The notes beneath the pieces are model-generated. The model was not told the origin of the DNA, ran no database searches, and worked only from the letters and a program-made list of their open reading frames with translations. Made by a program: the position numbers and the translations under genes. From Cladosporium halotolerans (taxonomy: Eukaryota), in the NCBI RefSeq assembly GCF_011745625.1, contig NW_027191473.1, positions 310,001-374,000 of the forward strand: a DNA stretch of 64,000 nt, in the 5' to 3' direction. Shown here piece after piece: positions 34,224 through 44,134 of this stretch; within the stretch, counting starts at the first letter, position 1, and each line of letters opens with the position of its first letter.

Positions 34224-35330
34224 ATGTCTAAACCGGTTCCTATTTGGCTCGACTGCGACACTGGCCACGATGATGCCTTCGCGATTCTTCTCGCAGCCTA
34301 CCATCCTGATGTCAAACTCCTCGGCATCAGCACGATCTACGGCAACGCCCCTCTATCACACACAACCATCAACACGCTCGCGATCCTGAAGGCTACCGGC
34401 CGTGAAGACATTCCCGTCTACTCCGGAGCGAGTCAGCCCTTCTGTCGCCCCGTCGCGCTTGCACCAGACATTCACGGCGAAAGCGGCCTCGATGGAACCA
34501 CATGCCTCCCCACGCCAGACCAGAAAGCCCGGTCCGACAACACCGCTGTCGAAGCGATGTACAAGGCTCTATCAAGTGAGGACGCCGGCACCCCATGGCT
34601 CGTCTGCACCGGTGCCCTCACCAACGCCGCCCTGATGTTCGCCGTGCACCCTGAGATGGCGGCGCACGTCGGCGGCCTGACGCACATGGGCGGCGCGATC
34701 GGAAACGGCTTCTCAGACGCGCCGATGGGCGCACTGAAGGGACGCGAGAATGAGGACGGCCGCTTTGGCAACTGGACGAAATTCGCGGAATTCAACGTCT
34801 ACATTGACCCCGAGAGCGCGTCCTCGATTTTCAACAATACCGTGCTCGCAGCCAAGATCACTATCTGCCCGCTCGACTTGACGCATCAGCTGCTGGCTAC
34901 ATCCCAGATACAGCAGGACTTGCTGAACGGGTATCAGATGGGGAGAGGCGGTGCAGGGCCGTCGAAGGTTCGCAAGCTATTTGTTGAGATTCTCACTTTC
35001 TTCGCGCAGACGTACGCGGATGTGTTTGGGCTAGTGGAAGGGCCGCCGCTGCACGATCCGCTTGCTGTCGCGGCGGCATTCCTGCCTGCCATTTTCGAGG
35101 ATAATGGAGGGGAGAGATTCGGCATTGAGGTTGTGACGGATGGCCTACATGGGTCTTCAGATCACGTGAGGGAGAGCGGGAGTCAGTGTGGCAGGACGGT
35201 GGCGACGCATTTGCCTGCTGGTCAGCAGGGTGTGAGGATTCCGCGTGGCGTGGACCAGATGCAAATGTGGAAGATGATTGATGAGTGCCTTGCGAAGGCT
35301 GAGAAGGCTCCGTTCAGCCAGTCGGCATGA
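34224..35330 (+). CDS. URH1: Inosine/uridine-preferring nucleoside hydrolase
   Basis: WLDCDTGHDDAFA, DIHGESGLDG, TGALTN, AEFNVYIDPE, PLHDPLAVA. Confidence 0.93.
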   Translation: MSKPVPIWLDCDTGHDDAFAILLAAYHPDVKLLGISTIYGNAPLSHTTINTLAILKATGREDIPVYSGASQPFCRPVALAPDIHGESGLDGTTCLPTPDQKARSDNTAVEAMYKALSSEDAGTPWLVCTGALTNAALMFAVHPEMAAHVGGLTHMGGAIGNGFSDAPMGALKGRENEDGRFGNWTKFAEFNVYIDPESASSIFNNTVLAAKITICPLDLTHQLLATSQIQQDLLNGYQMGRGGAGPSKVRKLFVEILTFFAQTYADVFGLVEGPPLHDPLAVAAAFLPAIFEDNGGERFGIEVVTDGLHGSSDHVRESGSQCGRTVATHLPAGQQGVRIPRGVDQMQMWKMIDECLAKAEKAPFSQSA

Positions 35331-35693
35331 TTGATGGCTGCTTCGGATGACGTGAGATATATGATAGAATACTACATGCAATGGGCCCGTTTGGCCTCGT
35401 TGAAATCACATGACAGATGTTGAAGAACGCAATGAAGTCATTGCAGTCCTTGCGAGCCAAACTCGACCGTCTGTCTTGACTACAGGCATGTTGCGAAGTC
35501 GTATTTATTCAAGAGTTCTTGATCCAGAGGGAGCATGGCATATAGGCTTAGTCAAGCGGAAGCTGGCCCGCCGCCCGCCAAGCCATACCGAGGCGGCCAA
35601 TGCGCCAGGCCGACTTCGACCGCAGAGGCCGGCTCACGGGTACGCCATTGGCTGCTGTGCTTGCTTGCTTGAACCACATACACACTCTTCAAG

Positions 35694-36224
35694 ATGTCTT
35701 CAGGATTTGGTCTGACCGGAGGTACGTAGAAATGGTCGGACGCGTTGCTGAGAGCGCACGAAAGAGGAGAGCGACCGGCAAAGAAGCGAGCAACATGCTG
35801 ACCACCTCTGGTTCGCGACAGGTCCCTCACGATGCTTTCCCTTCTGGCAGGACGTCCTCGCCTGCTACGTCGTGAACACCACCACTGAGGACGACTCCGG
35901 CAAGAAGAAGTGCGGCGGCCCCCTCGAGGACTACTACGAGTGCCTGCACCACAGGAAGGAGGTGCGCTACCACCCATTGAGACCCAGCAGGAAGTCCTCA
36001 AGACTCACACTTCCAATTTGCAGGCTGCCAAAATCTCAGCACTCCAAGCCGCATACCGCCGCAAGGAGGCCGAAACACCCAGAGACGAGAACGCGCCCAC
36101 CGCGGGCCAGATTAGGACACTCGGTCTGCTGGACCGCACCGACGAGGAGGTCAACATCTTCCCTGCCAAGTTCATTCCTAAAGTCGAGCACAACAACGGA
36201 CCGAGGAAAGACGAGAGGAGATAG
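35694..36224 (+). CDS. NDUFS5: NADH:ubiquinone oxidoreductase accessory subunit NDUFS5/15 kDa (NIPM), 3 exons
   Basis: MSSGFGLTG-GPSRCFPFWQDVLACYVVN...KKCGGPLEDYYECLHHRKE (twin CX9C). Introns ~35722-35821 and ~35962-36023. Confidence 0.9.
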
Positions 36225-36345
36225 GCTAGGGTGGGAGGATGACGAGACAAAGGAAGAGGGCTTTAGCAGGGATGGAGCACATGCACATGTACAGATACCA
36301 CGGCTAGAGAAACATGAGCTGCGCCCCGAGCGGACAGTTACTTTT

Positions 36346-37413
36346 TTACGATACTGCTGCGAGACCTCCTTCTGGCTCTGTACGAAATGCCGCCCAGTGG
36401 CCGACGCGATTGTTGTGCCGGTCTTGCATCACTTCCAGCACGCTCGCTAGCTTTTGGCTAGGCTGAGGTATGGCACTGTGGGTTGCGTACACGCTTTTCG
36501 CATCCTCTGCGGTCATTGGCACCTTGTGCAACAACAGGTGCAGATCGAGCGAGTATGCGAAGCTCTTTCCCAGTGCAGGCCGCAGCGAGCAAGATGAGAA
36601 TATACTCGGCGTGGCTTCCGTCGTCTGATCGCGTGGGTAAGTGACGGCGGTGTTATAGACGAGTGTGCATATGTCATGTGCTCGCGTGAGGTGAGCGAGC
36701 GATCGCATAAATGTGGCAAGGAGAGCTTGGCCTTGCACGTGGCTGTTCTTGAGTGTTGGTGAAGTGATGTGTGCGATGTTGTCAATGACCAGCAGATTGC
36801 GGAAGTCTTCTTCTTCTACAGTTGCGTCCGAGTGCATATTTTCAGGCTTCTCTGGCCATCGTGGGTCGTCGAGCATTTCCTCTTCGTCTTCGCTGTCTCC
36901 CACAGTCCCTCTCGGAGCCTGTACATCTTGCTTTGCAGAGGCTCGATCTAGGCCATCGTTTTCGTGCTGTGAGTTTTCAAGCCTCTCTCTCATCTCTACT
37001 ACACACTCCGTCATCCCCACAAAGTCGAAGGCCTTCATGATGCGGACTCGCTCAAGCACCTGCATCGCTCGTTTCCCTGCATCGACCTCGCCATTTCGCT
37101 CACGCAGCGAGGCCACCAGCCGTTTGTGTAGCCTACGAACGTCGAAAGAATTGGTCGTGTCAATGACCGTCACTGCCGATCGGTCCAAAGCAAGCAGTTG
37201 TGAAGCTATTAGAGAGTGTGAAAGCTCTTTACCGCCGCTTTCTATATCTGCGCTGATGCAAGATATCGATCCGTACTCGAACCCGCCGTCGAGACACTTG
37301 TCGATCGTGTGGCAACCCGTGGCCAATCTTTTGGGTTCGCTTACAGAGGCATCCTGCCCAGATGGTTTCTCAACGCTCCATATGGACGAGGCGAGAGCCG
37401 GTTCGACCGCCAT
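36346..37413 (-). CDS. Divergent RecA/Rad51-paralog fold protein (RAD51D/Rdl1/Psy3-like)
   Basis: LATGCHTIDKCLDGGFEYG, VIDTTNSFDVRRL, LERVRIMKAFD, LLVIDN, RPALGKSF are Rad51-family elements. Walker A is degenerate. Confidence 0.78.
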   Translation of the reverse strand: MAVEPALASSIWSVEKPSGQDASVSEPKRLATGCHTIDKCLDGGFEYGSISCISADIESGGKELSHSLIASQLLALDRSAVTVIDTTNSFDVRRLHKRLVASLRERNGEVDAGKRAMQVLERVRIMKAFDFVGMTECVVEMRERLENSQHENDGLDRASAKQDVQAPRGTVGDSEDEEEMLDDPRWPEKPENMHSDATVEEEDFRNLLVIDNIAHITSPTLKNSHVQGQALLATFMRSLAHLTRAHDICTLVYNTAVTYPRDQTTEATPSIFSSCSLRPALGKSFAYSLDLHLLLHKVPMTAEDAKSVYATHSAIPQPSQKLASVLEVMQDRHNNRVGHWAAFRTEPEGGLAAVS

Positions 37414-37925
37414 GCGAATAAGTCCTTGGATGATGGTTGCGGCTCTGGACGATTCGATCGCACAGTTGCCTGATGAGGAAATTTTTGAACTGAGCTCGGA
37501 ATCGCTCGCCCAGAATCGTATGCGGTGAGTAAGAGTCAAACGTTGTATGATTCCTCTTGACTAGTCAAGCGGAAGAGCATCCATGTATCTCGTTTGCTCA
37601 GGGAGCGATGTAGGGACTTGGAGGTGTGAACAAAGTTTAAGGTTCGAGCTAAGCTTCTTCGGGTAACAACAGCAAGGCAGAGAGGGAGAGGCACACTGCT
37701 AATAGAAACCGTTCTCGGATTTTATGATATGCTGAACCGGTAGCAGCATCTCCTGTTAGAGTTGCCGCACATTCACGGCTTTCAACGTTTCGAGTGTTTC
37801 ATTGGCATGGAATGTTGACGCAATTCAGCTACACCTTCAAAAGCCATGTCTCCAGTAGAGAGCCTACTGTCTACACTGCTACATGATATTTGATGAAATG
37901 CATGTAGTAGTTTAATTTCTGGACA

Positions 37926-39886
37926 TCACAGCCCATATCTAAAAGTGAGCTTGTCGTCTCCCTTCCTTGCACCATCCAGACCGAATCGATCAAGCAGATG
38001 GCCCTCTTGGAGCTTGCCCCAAATCCTAGTCCCATGCCTCGTCTCACGCTGTACCGGCACATCGCCCATCGATTCCTCCCTCACCCTATCTTCATCAGTC
38101 CAATCCGCGATCATCGCATCCCTCCGCCCATTCGTTCCGATCAGCAACACCCTGAACACCGCAAAGCCTGCAAAAGCCAGCCCAACGCAAATCAACGTGA
38201 CCACAAACGGCCTCACGTAGCCCTCCTTCTCGTCTTCGGGCGTGAACAGCAGCGCGCTGAACACGCCCGCGAGATTGCCCCAGCCGTTGATGCCGAGCAG
38301 GATCGCGCGTTTGCCTGGCTCGGGCGTGTTGTTCGTCAGCCATGCGACGGTCAAGGGCGAAGCGACGAAGGAGCCCGAGAGTAGGACGCAGAGGCTCATG
38401 TAGCGGAGCACGTAGCTTTCGGTGGGTGTCATGACTGTCAGGGTCAGGCCGACGAGGAGAAGCGCGAGGCCCCAGAGGATCGGGATGAAGCGTTGCTGGC
38501 TGCGGTCGGACCAGCGGGTGAAGAGGAAGAGGACGATGGCGCCACAGGCGAATGGTGGAGCTGAGAGGAGGTTGGATGCTGCTGGTGAGAGGTTGAGGCG
38601 TGGGGATAGCTGTTTCATGACGAGAGGGAGGAAGACTCCGAAGGCTGTGGCGGGAATTGCTGAGAGGATGTTGCAGATGAGGAGGTGCCAGATCTTGTAT
38701 TGCGCCACGGCTGAGAAGACGTCGTGTCTGTTGAGGCCCGAGTCTGCGGTCAGCGACATGGCTGATACGGTGGACATCTTGCGGCGTCGAGGAGGTGAGC
38801 GGTGTCTAGGATCGAGTAGGCCGGCACGGTCGTCGACGGCGTGATCGTCTTCTTCACCGGATTGACGATGATTCGTCTCAGGCTCCGCTTCTTGATCAGA
38901 TACCTGCGTTTGTTGGTCGGCGTGCATTTTCCTGTGCGCCGCCAAATCCTGATCAAGACGGATGCGCTGCTCTGCCCACTTTCGTTCCCTTTTCGTCAAG
39001 AACCACGCCGTGTCTGCGCTGTGAGGCAGCCAAAAGAACCCGACTAGAGCGATCGCCATGGTCAAACAGCCTTCGATCAGAAAAAGTACCTCCCAGCTCC
39101 TCCAACCGCCACTGGTGTCGCCTTCACCTGACGACTCATCGTTACCGCTTCCCGGAAATCTCTCAAACACCGCCCAACTCAGCACTCCGCCAACTACTCC
39201 AGCAACAGCTGTCTGTCCGTAGAAGAAGCCAAGCCTCACAGCGAATTCGTATCTGGTGTAAAACAAGCTCAGATAGCTGACCGTAGTAGGGTAAAATCCA
39301 GCCTCGAGAGTGGCGATTGCAATTCGCAAAGTAATTACCTGCCATCGCTTGTTGACCCAGATATGGAGCAGCGTGCAGGCACCCCAAAGACTCATACATG
39401 CGGGCACCCAGCGCGTCATGCCATACTTGCGGCCCAAAGCGGCACCCACGGGTTGCAGGGCGACAAAGAAGGCGAAGAAGAGAGCCAGCGAGGTGTTGAG
39501 GTCGCTTGGGGAGAGGCCGGCATCTTTTGTGAAGCCTGCGATTATTACTTAACAATGGTACTCAAACACTGTCAGTTGATATGTGGTTTCGTACCAGCAG
39601 TCTCAGCGTTGCCAATGTTGCTCTTGTCCACGCTGTTCAAGAGGAACAAAGTGCTGAGGAAGGGTAACAGTATGAAATCGAGCTTGCGCAGCGTCCGCCG
39701 ATTCAACTGCTCATCGAGCCCGGAGACTTGGTCCAGCGATTCGCTCCCTGCCAAGCTCTCGTCTTCCATGTCGTGACTGTCGTGAGGCGTCAGGTGTGAT
39801 ACACGTGCTCCGTCCTCGACTTCTTCCTCGGTAGAAGCCGGGTTCGATCGCGTGGCCAATTCGTAGGATCGCTCATCGTGAGGCAT
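37926..39886 (-). CDS. MFS anion:cation symporter family permease (allantoate/nicotinate permease-like), 2 exons
   Basis: LRKLDFILLP, VDKSNIGNA, EAGFYP, FYTRYEFAVRLGFFY, GWRSWEVLFLIEG, AWFLTKRER, FRYGL C-terminus. Intron ~39535-39594. Confidence 0.9.
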
Positions 39887-40409
39887 GCTCACCAGTGCGA
39901 AGGCACATGGTTGAACAGTTAATGAACATATTGCATGCAGCGGTTGCGATAGGGTAGTAAGGTCGCGGTGTGGCTGCGCGCGTGAGTTCGTGAGGCTGAA
40001 ACAAGAGGTTGCGGGGTTTCTCGGGGAGCACGCGATTCGCTGAACTGGGCTCGACGCATAACGGTACTACTTCAGGTATTATTGTTACGTGTACATTCGC
40101 TCGACGGTTACATGGAAGAATCCATGCATTCAAAGCCACGTTGATTCGGTTCGGTCAAGAGCTCGTCAAATTGTTGAAGAATCACACGTCGCGAGTCGTG
40201 AACGTAGAGTACCATTCATCATGTACAATAATCCGACATTATCATTCGCAAACGCCTTCGCTGCAAAGTCACCGGTGTAGTGACATTCAAAGAAGAAACA
40301 GTCCGCCTTGCAATGCACGGAAAACAAAAGCGGGCATCCAAACAAATGGCTCGCTCAAAGTCATGATTGCCATATTGTCAGCAACAAGTCGATTCCGCCA
40401 AATGGCACC

Positions 40410-41552
40410 TTAAGAAGCGTGTCGAACCGCAGCGTCATCAAGGTTCTTCAGTACGCCTTGCGTCTCCTTGACCAGTTCCTTTCTCTTCGCTCTAGCCTCT
40501 TGGTCGCCCTCTGTCTCAACTGCGTCCAATTTAAGCAGAACTTGCGTGAGGATCGTCTCGCTCAATCTCTTATGCTCAAACTCGCGCTTGGCTGGCTCAG
40601 TAGGCGGTGTGCGGTCAAAGACATCAACCTCCTTAGCGTACGTGTGTAGCGTGTCGCGGAGAGACGCGATCTTCTGTTCGGCCGACTGAGGTGGTTTGGG
40701 TGATGGTGCACGCGAAGTCTGCGGCGGAGGGATAGGCACACCAAGGTTGGATGCATCGGGCGTGCTGGTGCCTGACGTCTTGGGCTTGTTGCGACGCTTC
40801 TTGTTCTTGTTGCGGTTTCTCCGGCGCTTGGCGTTGTCCGGATCTGCGCTGTCCTCAACGCCATCCACACTGTCGTCCTCGTCATCACTACCAGACGCCG
40901 ATGGCATGTCGCCAATCGTCAGGAGGACTTGTGCTTCGTGCTTGAGACCCTCCTGCTTGCACAGCCTTGCGTCATCCTTCAAGTTCTTGCCCTGGAAAAT
41001 GAGCTTCACTCTCCTCGCGTCAACGCCAATCTTTCTACCGGCCTGCTCGCGCACTTGACCAACGGTCAGCCCGCCTTTCGCGATGCTGTACGCCGGGAAG
41101 TGCACGGCGTAGCTCTGGCCCTTGTTCCGGAGACTCAACATGTCCGTGTCCCGGGAAGGGCCCAAGTCGTCTGCTGCCTGCTGTTCATGACGCTTCAGAT
41201 CCTCGGTCGTAATGTAGCTGAAGTCCGCGTCACTCACGGTTGTGCTGCCCTGCGGCGGACTGCGCGTAAAGGGAGAGAAGCGGCCAAGGTTGCCGAACCT
41301 TGATGTCCAGCTCATGACGAGAACGAGGAAAGTAGCCGCTGCGAGAGCGACCGAGGTGTTTTCGAAGGCGGTGCGCTCGGCGAAGAAGTCGTAGACTCGG
41401 TCCTGCCAGGACGTAGACGCAGATGCCGGGGAGAAGACGTTGTCGCTGGCTTGAGCTAGCGCGGCGTTCAGGTGCGCGACGGACAAGAGCGCAGTCAGAT
41501 TGCCGTGCGACAGGCTCGAGAGGAGTTGGTCGAAAAGACTGGAGGAAGCCAC
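40410..41552 (-). CDS. BAG-family Hsp70 co-chaperone (ubiquitin-like + BAG domain); first AUG at 41315, in-frame GUG at 41552
   Basis: UBL: LTVGQVREQAG...VKLIFQGKNLKDD. BAG: EHKRLSETILTQVLLKLDAVETEGDQEARAKRKELVKETQ. Confidence 0.9.
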   Translation of the reverse strand: MASSSLFDQLLSSLSHGNLTALLSVAHLNAALAQASDNVFSPASASTSWQDRVYDFFAERTAFENTSVALAAATFLVLVMSWTSRFGNLGRFSPFTRSPPQGSTTVSDADFSYITTEDLKRHEQQAADDLGPSRDTDMLSLRNKGQSYAVHFPAYSIAKGGLTVGQVREQAGRKIGVDARRVKLIFQGKNLKDDARLCKQEGLKHEAQVLLTIGDMPSASGSDDEDDSVDGVEDSADPDNAKRRRNRNKNKKRRNKPKTSGTSTPDASNLGVPIPPPQTSRAPSPKPPQSAEQKIASLRDTLHTYAKEVDVFDRTPPTEPAKREFEHKRLSETILTQVLLKLDAVETEGDQEARAKRKELVKETQGVLKNLDDAAVRHAS

Positions 41553-42199
41553 GGTTGCGGCTGCTGCGGTAACGCAGAGAGATGGACTATGCTGGCAGGT
41601 ATGCGGTCAGTTGTTTCACGCCAGAGGATTTTGAACGGCAAGGTGACGACAGTTGTGCAGCAGGGTCTTTGCTGGGGAGGGCGGGCTGGCGGGCCCCACG
41701 CCAGTCGGAGGGCAGCGCGAGCCTTGGAGTGCGAGGCGGCGCGAAATAATGTCCCAGGACATACGAAGTTTGAGGAGCTGCCTGAAATATAAACCTACTG
41801 TGGATTGTTTGTGGGAGAGGAAGTGTTTTCAAGCAGTCGAGCATCGGCGGAACATCCACTCAAGTACTGTAGGACGTGAGGTGTGAAGACAACGAGTATC
41901 CTCAGGCGACAACAGCCATAGCCATAAGGGAGGCCAGTCGCAACTTCTGGCGCTCAAGCGACGGCCAGCCGCCGAAGCGCGACGCCCGCGCCCACGCCCA
42001 TAGGGCTGAGCCATGCCCAGATGTACGCCCCTCCGCAGACTCTTCAGCCCGCGCCGCCCCCTCGGCTTTCCTGCCGCACACTGATTTTTGCCAAGCGCAC
42101 CTGCTGCGAATTCAGAACGGCGCTACCACCATTCAGTGCTGGCAGACGACGACAACATCGACCAGCCCGTCAATCACCACCTGTACTAACCGCAGCAAA

Positions 42200-43078
42200 A
42201 TGTCGACTTTCGAGCCTGTGGTACGCATCCCCCGAAAGCGAGAAACTCCTTGCGCGCAGCCGCACGATCTGGTGGACATGGGGGTTGGGAAATGCAGGAC
42301 AGCGATGGCTGATGGAATACACAGGTTGTCGTCGACGGCAAGGGCCACCTTCTCGGCCGCCTGGCCTCCACGGTCGCCAAGCAGCTTCTGAACGGCCAGA
42401 AGGTTGTCGTTGTCCGCTGCGAGCAGCTCAACATCTCCGGCGAGTTCTTCCGCGCGAAGCGTACGTCCACCCACCGAACCACCCCACCGAATGCGAACGA
42501 GCGAGGCGAATGAGGAGGAAACGGGCCAGCAACACCAGCACCGATGACTAACTCCGGTTCGAATACAGTGAAGTACCAGGCCTTCCTCCGCAAGCAGACC
42601 CGTTTCAACGCCTCTCGCGGTGGCCCATGGCACTACCGTGCGCCGGCCAAGATGTTCTGGCGCACCGTCCGTGGCATGATCCCTCACAAGACTGAGCGTG
42701 GTGCCGCTGCCATGAACCGCCTGAAGGCTTTCGAGGGTATCCCCGCCCCCTACGACCACAAGAAGCGCATGGTCGTCCCCCAGGCGCTCCGTGTCCTCCG
42801 CCTCAAGCCCGGCCGCAAGTACTGCACCGTCGGCCGTCTCGGTCGCGAGTTCGGCTGGAAGTACGGCGATGTTGTTGAGAAGTACGTTTTGGATATCCTT
42901 GTCACGTGGAGAATGGCTGGAATACTAACGATGTTGCAGGCTCGAGGAGAGGAGAAAGGTCAAGGGCTCTGCCTACTACGAGCGCAAGAGGGCTCTCCAG
43001 AAGAAGCTCATCGACGCCAAGAAGAGCGCGCCTGTCGACGGCAAGGTCAGGGAGGAGCTCGCCCAGTACGGTTACTAG
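42200..43078 (+). CDS. RPL16: 60S ribosomal protein L16 (uL13), 4 exons
   Basis: [88 protein letters not shown]. Confidence 0.97.
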
Positions 43079-44134
43079 ATGTTTTCTCGACGTTGAGGGA
43101 CGGGTGGCATGGTTTTGGCGAAGCGGCGATGGCGCTGTGGTTTTAGCGAACGTATGAAAGGGCACGATCGCAAACACAGATGCCTGCAAGCTGTGAGACC
43201 CAGGCACGTTGCTGATGTGCAGGGTTTCGGGGCACCTTGATGCATATACTATCAACCCCAAAGATTTCACGCATTCAACAACGGGCCTGCACGGTCGCAC
43301 CGGAACTGTCTTCTCCTTCGCTCTTGGTCGCATGATGTGTGTCAAGAAAAGCAAGCAAATCGATACCAGGCAGTACTCAATGGCAAAACTTACGGCTATT
43401 ATAAGAAGATGGAAATCATCTCGTGATCAGTCCTATTGTCCGGTTGTAAGGAGTGAAAACTCACTAGCCCAGAGTGCTGACAAAATATGCAATCACACGA
43501 GCCATTACTTCTCTCGGAAGGCTCCCCATCAGCAATGCCCGTCTTGTGCAGCAGTGGTCGAGGCCTAGTACAGTAGTACCGTATTCTTGTTAGCTTCCTG
43601 ATCCGGGGCCCCGGTGGCGGGAAGTGTGGATGGCGAGTTCCCGGTAGGTCATCCAGCGACCTAAGGTACCAATGCGAGAGGCATCGGTTTGAAGTCTGCT
43701 TTGCGACCAGAGCCACCGGTGGCAGCGATCCAGCGGACCGAGCGTGTCGCAAATGGAGCCCAACATGTAGACAAAACGGCGCAGCAATCTCCTGCAGTAA
43801 ATAAACTCGTGGGACTTTGTCCTCAAACGTACTCGACTGAAGAAGCTTAGGTCGCCTTGGCGGTCGGGAAGCGAGTCGCTCTTGCTGCCTCGAAGCTGGG
43901 CAGCCAGCATCTCCACCAGCCAGCCAACGCTCTCTCATTTCCTCTCTCCACCCAAACTCTCTCCTCGCGACTCATCCAAATCCCGAGCAACTCTATTTGT
44001 ACAGTATCGCGAAACAGCCTGGCGCTGTATTACCTTTGCAGCTTTCGCGCAGTCCACCGTACTGGCGGCGGATAGGCCACTCTACCTTGCGCCCGGAGCC
44101 TCCCAGCACAGAAGCATGTGCCCCTGCGCCTGGC

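Noticed and set aside
20299..35330. Possible metabolic gene cluster (GH45, ABM protein, DHA1 transporter, glutaminase, protease, nucleosidase)
   Set aside because: No backbone synthase or pathway regulator; functions are unrelated and individually widespread.
37600..37660. GGTTCGA T-loop-like motif suggesting a tRNA
   Set aside because: No cloverleaf stems or A-box; the same holds for the matches near 54241 and 59250.
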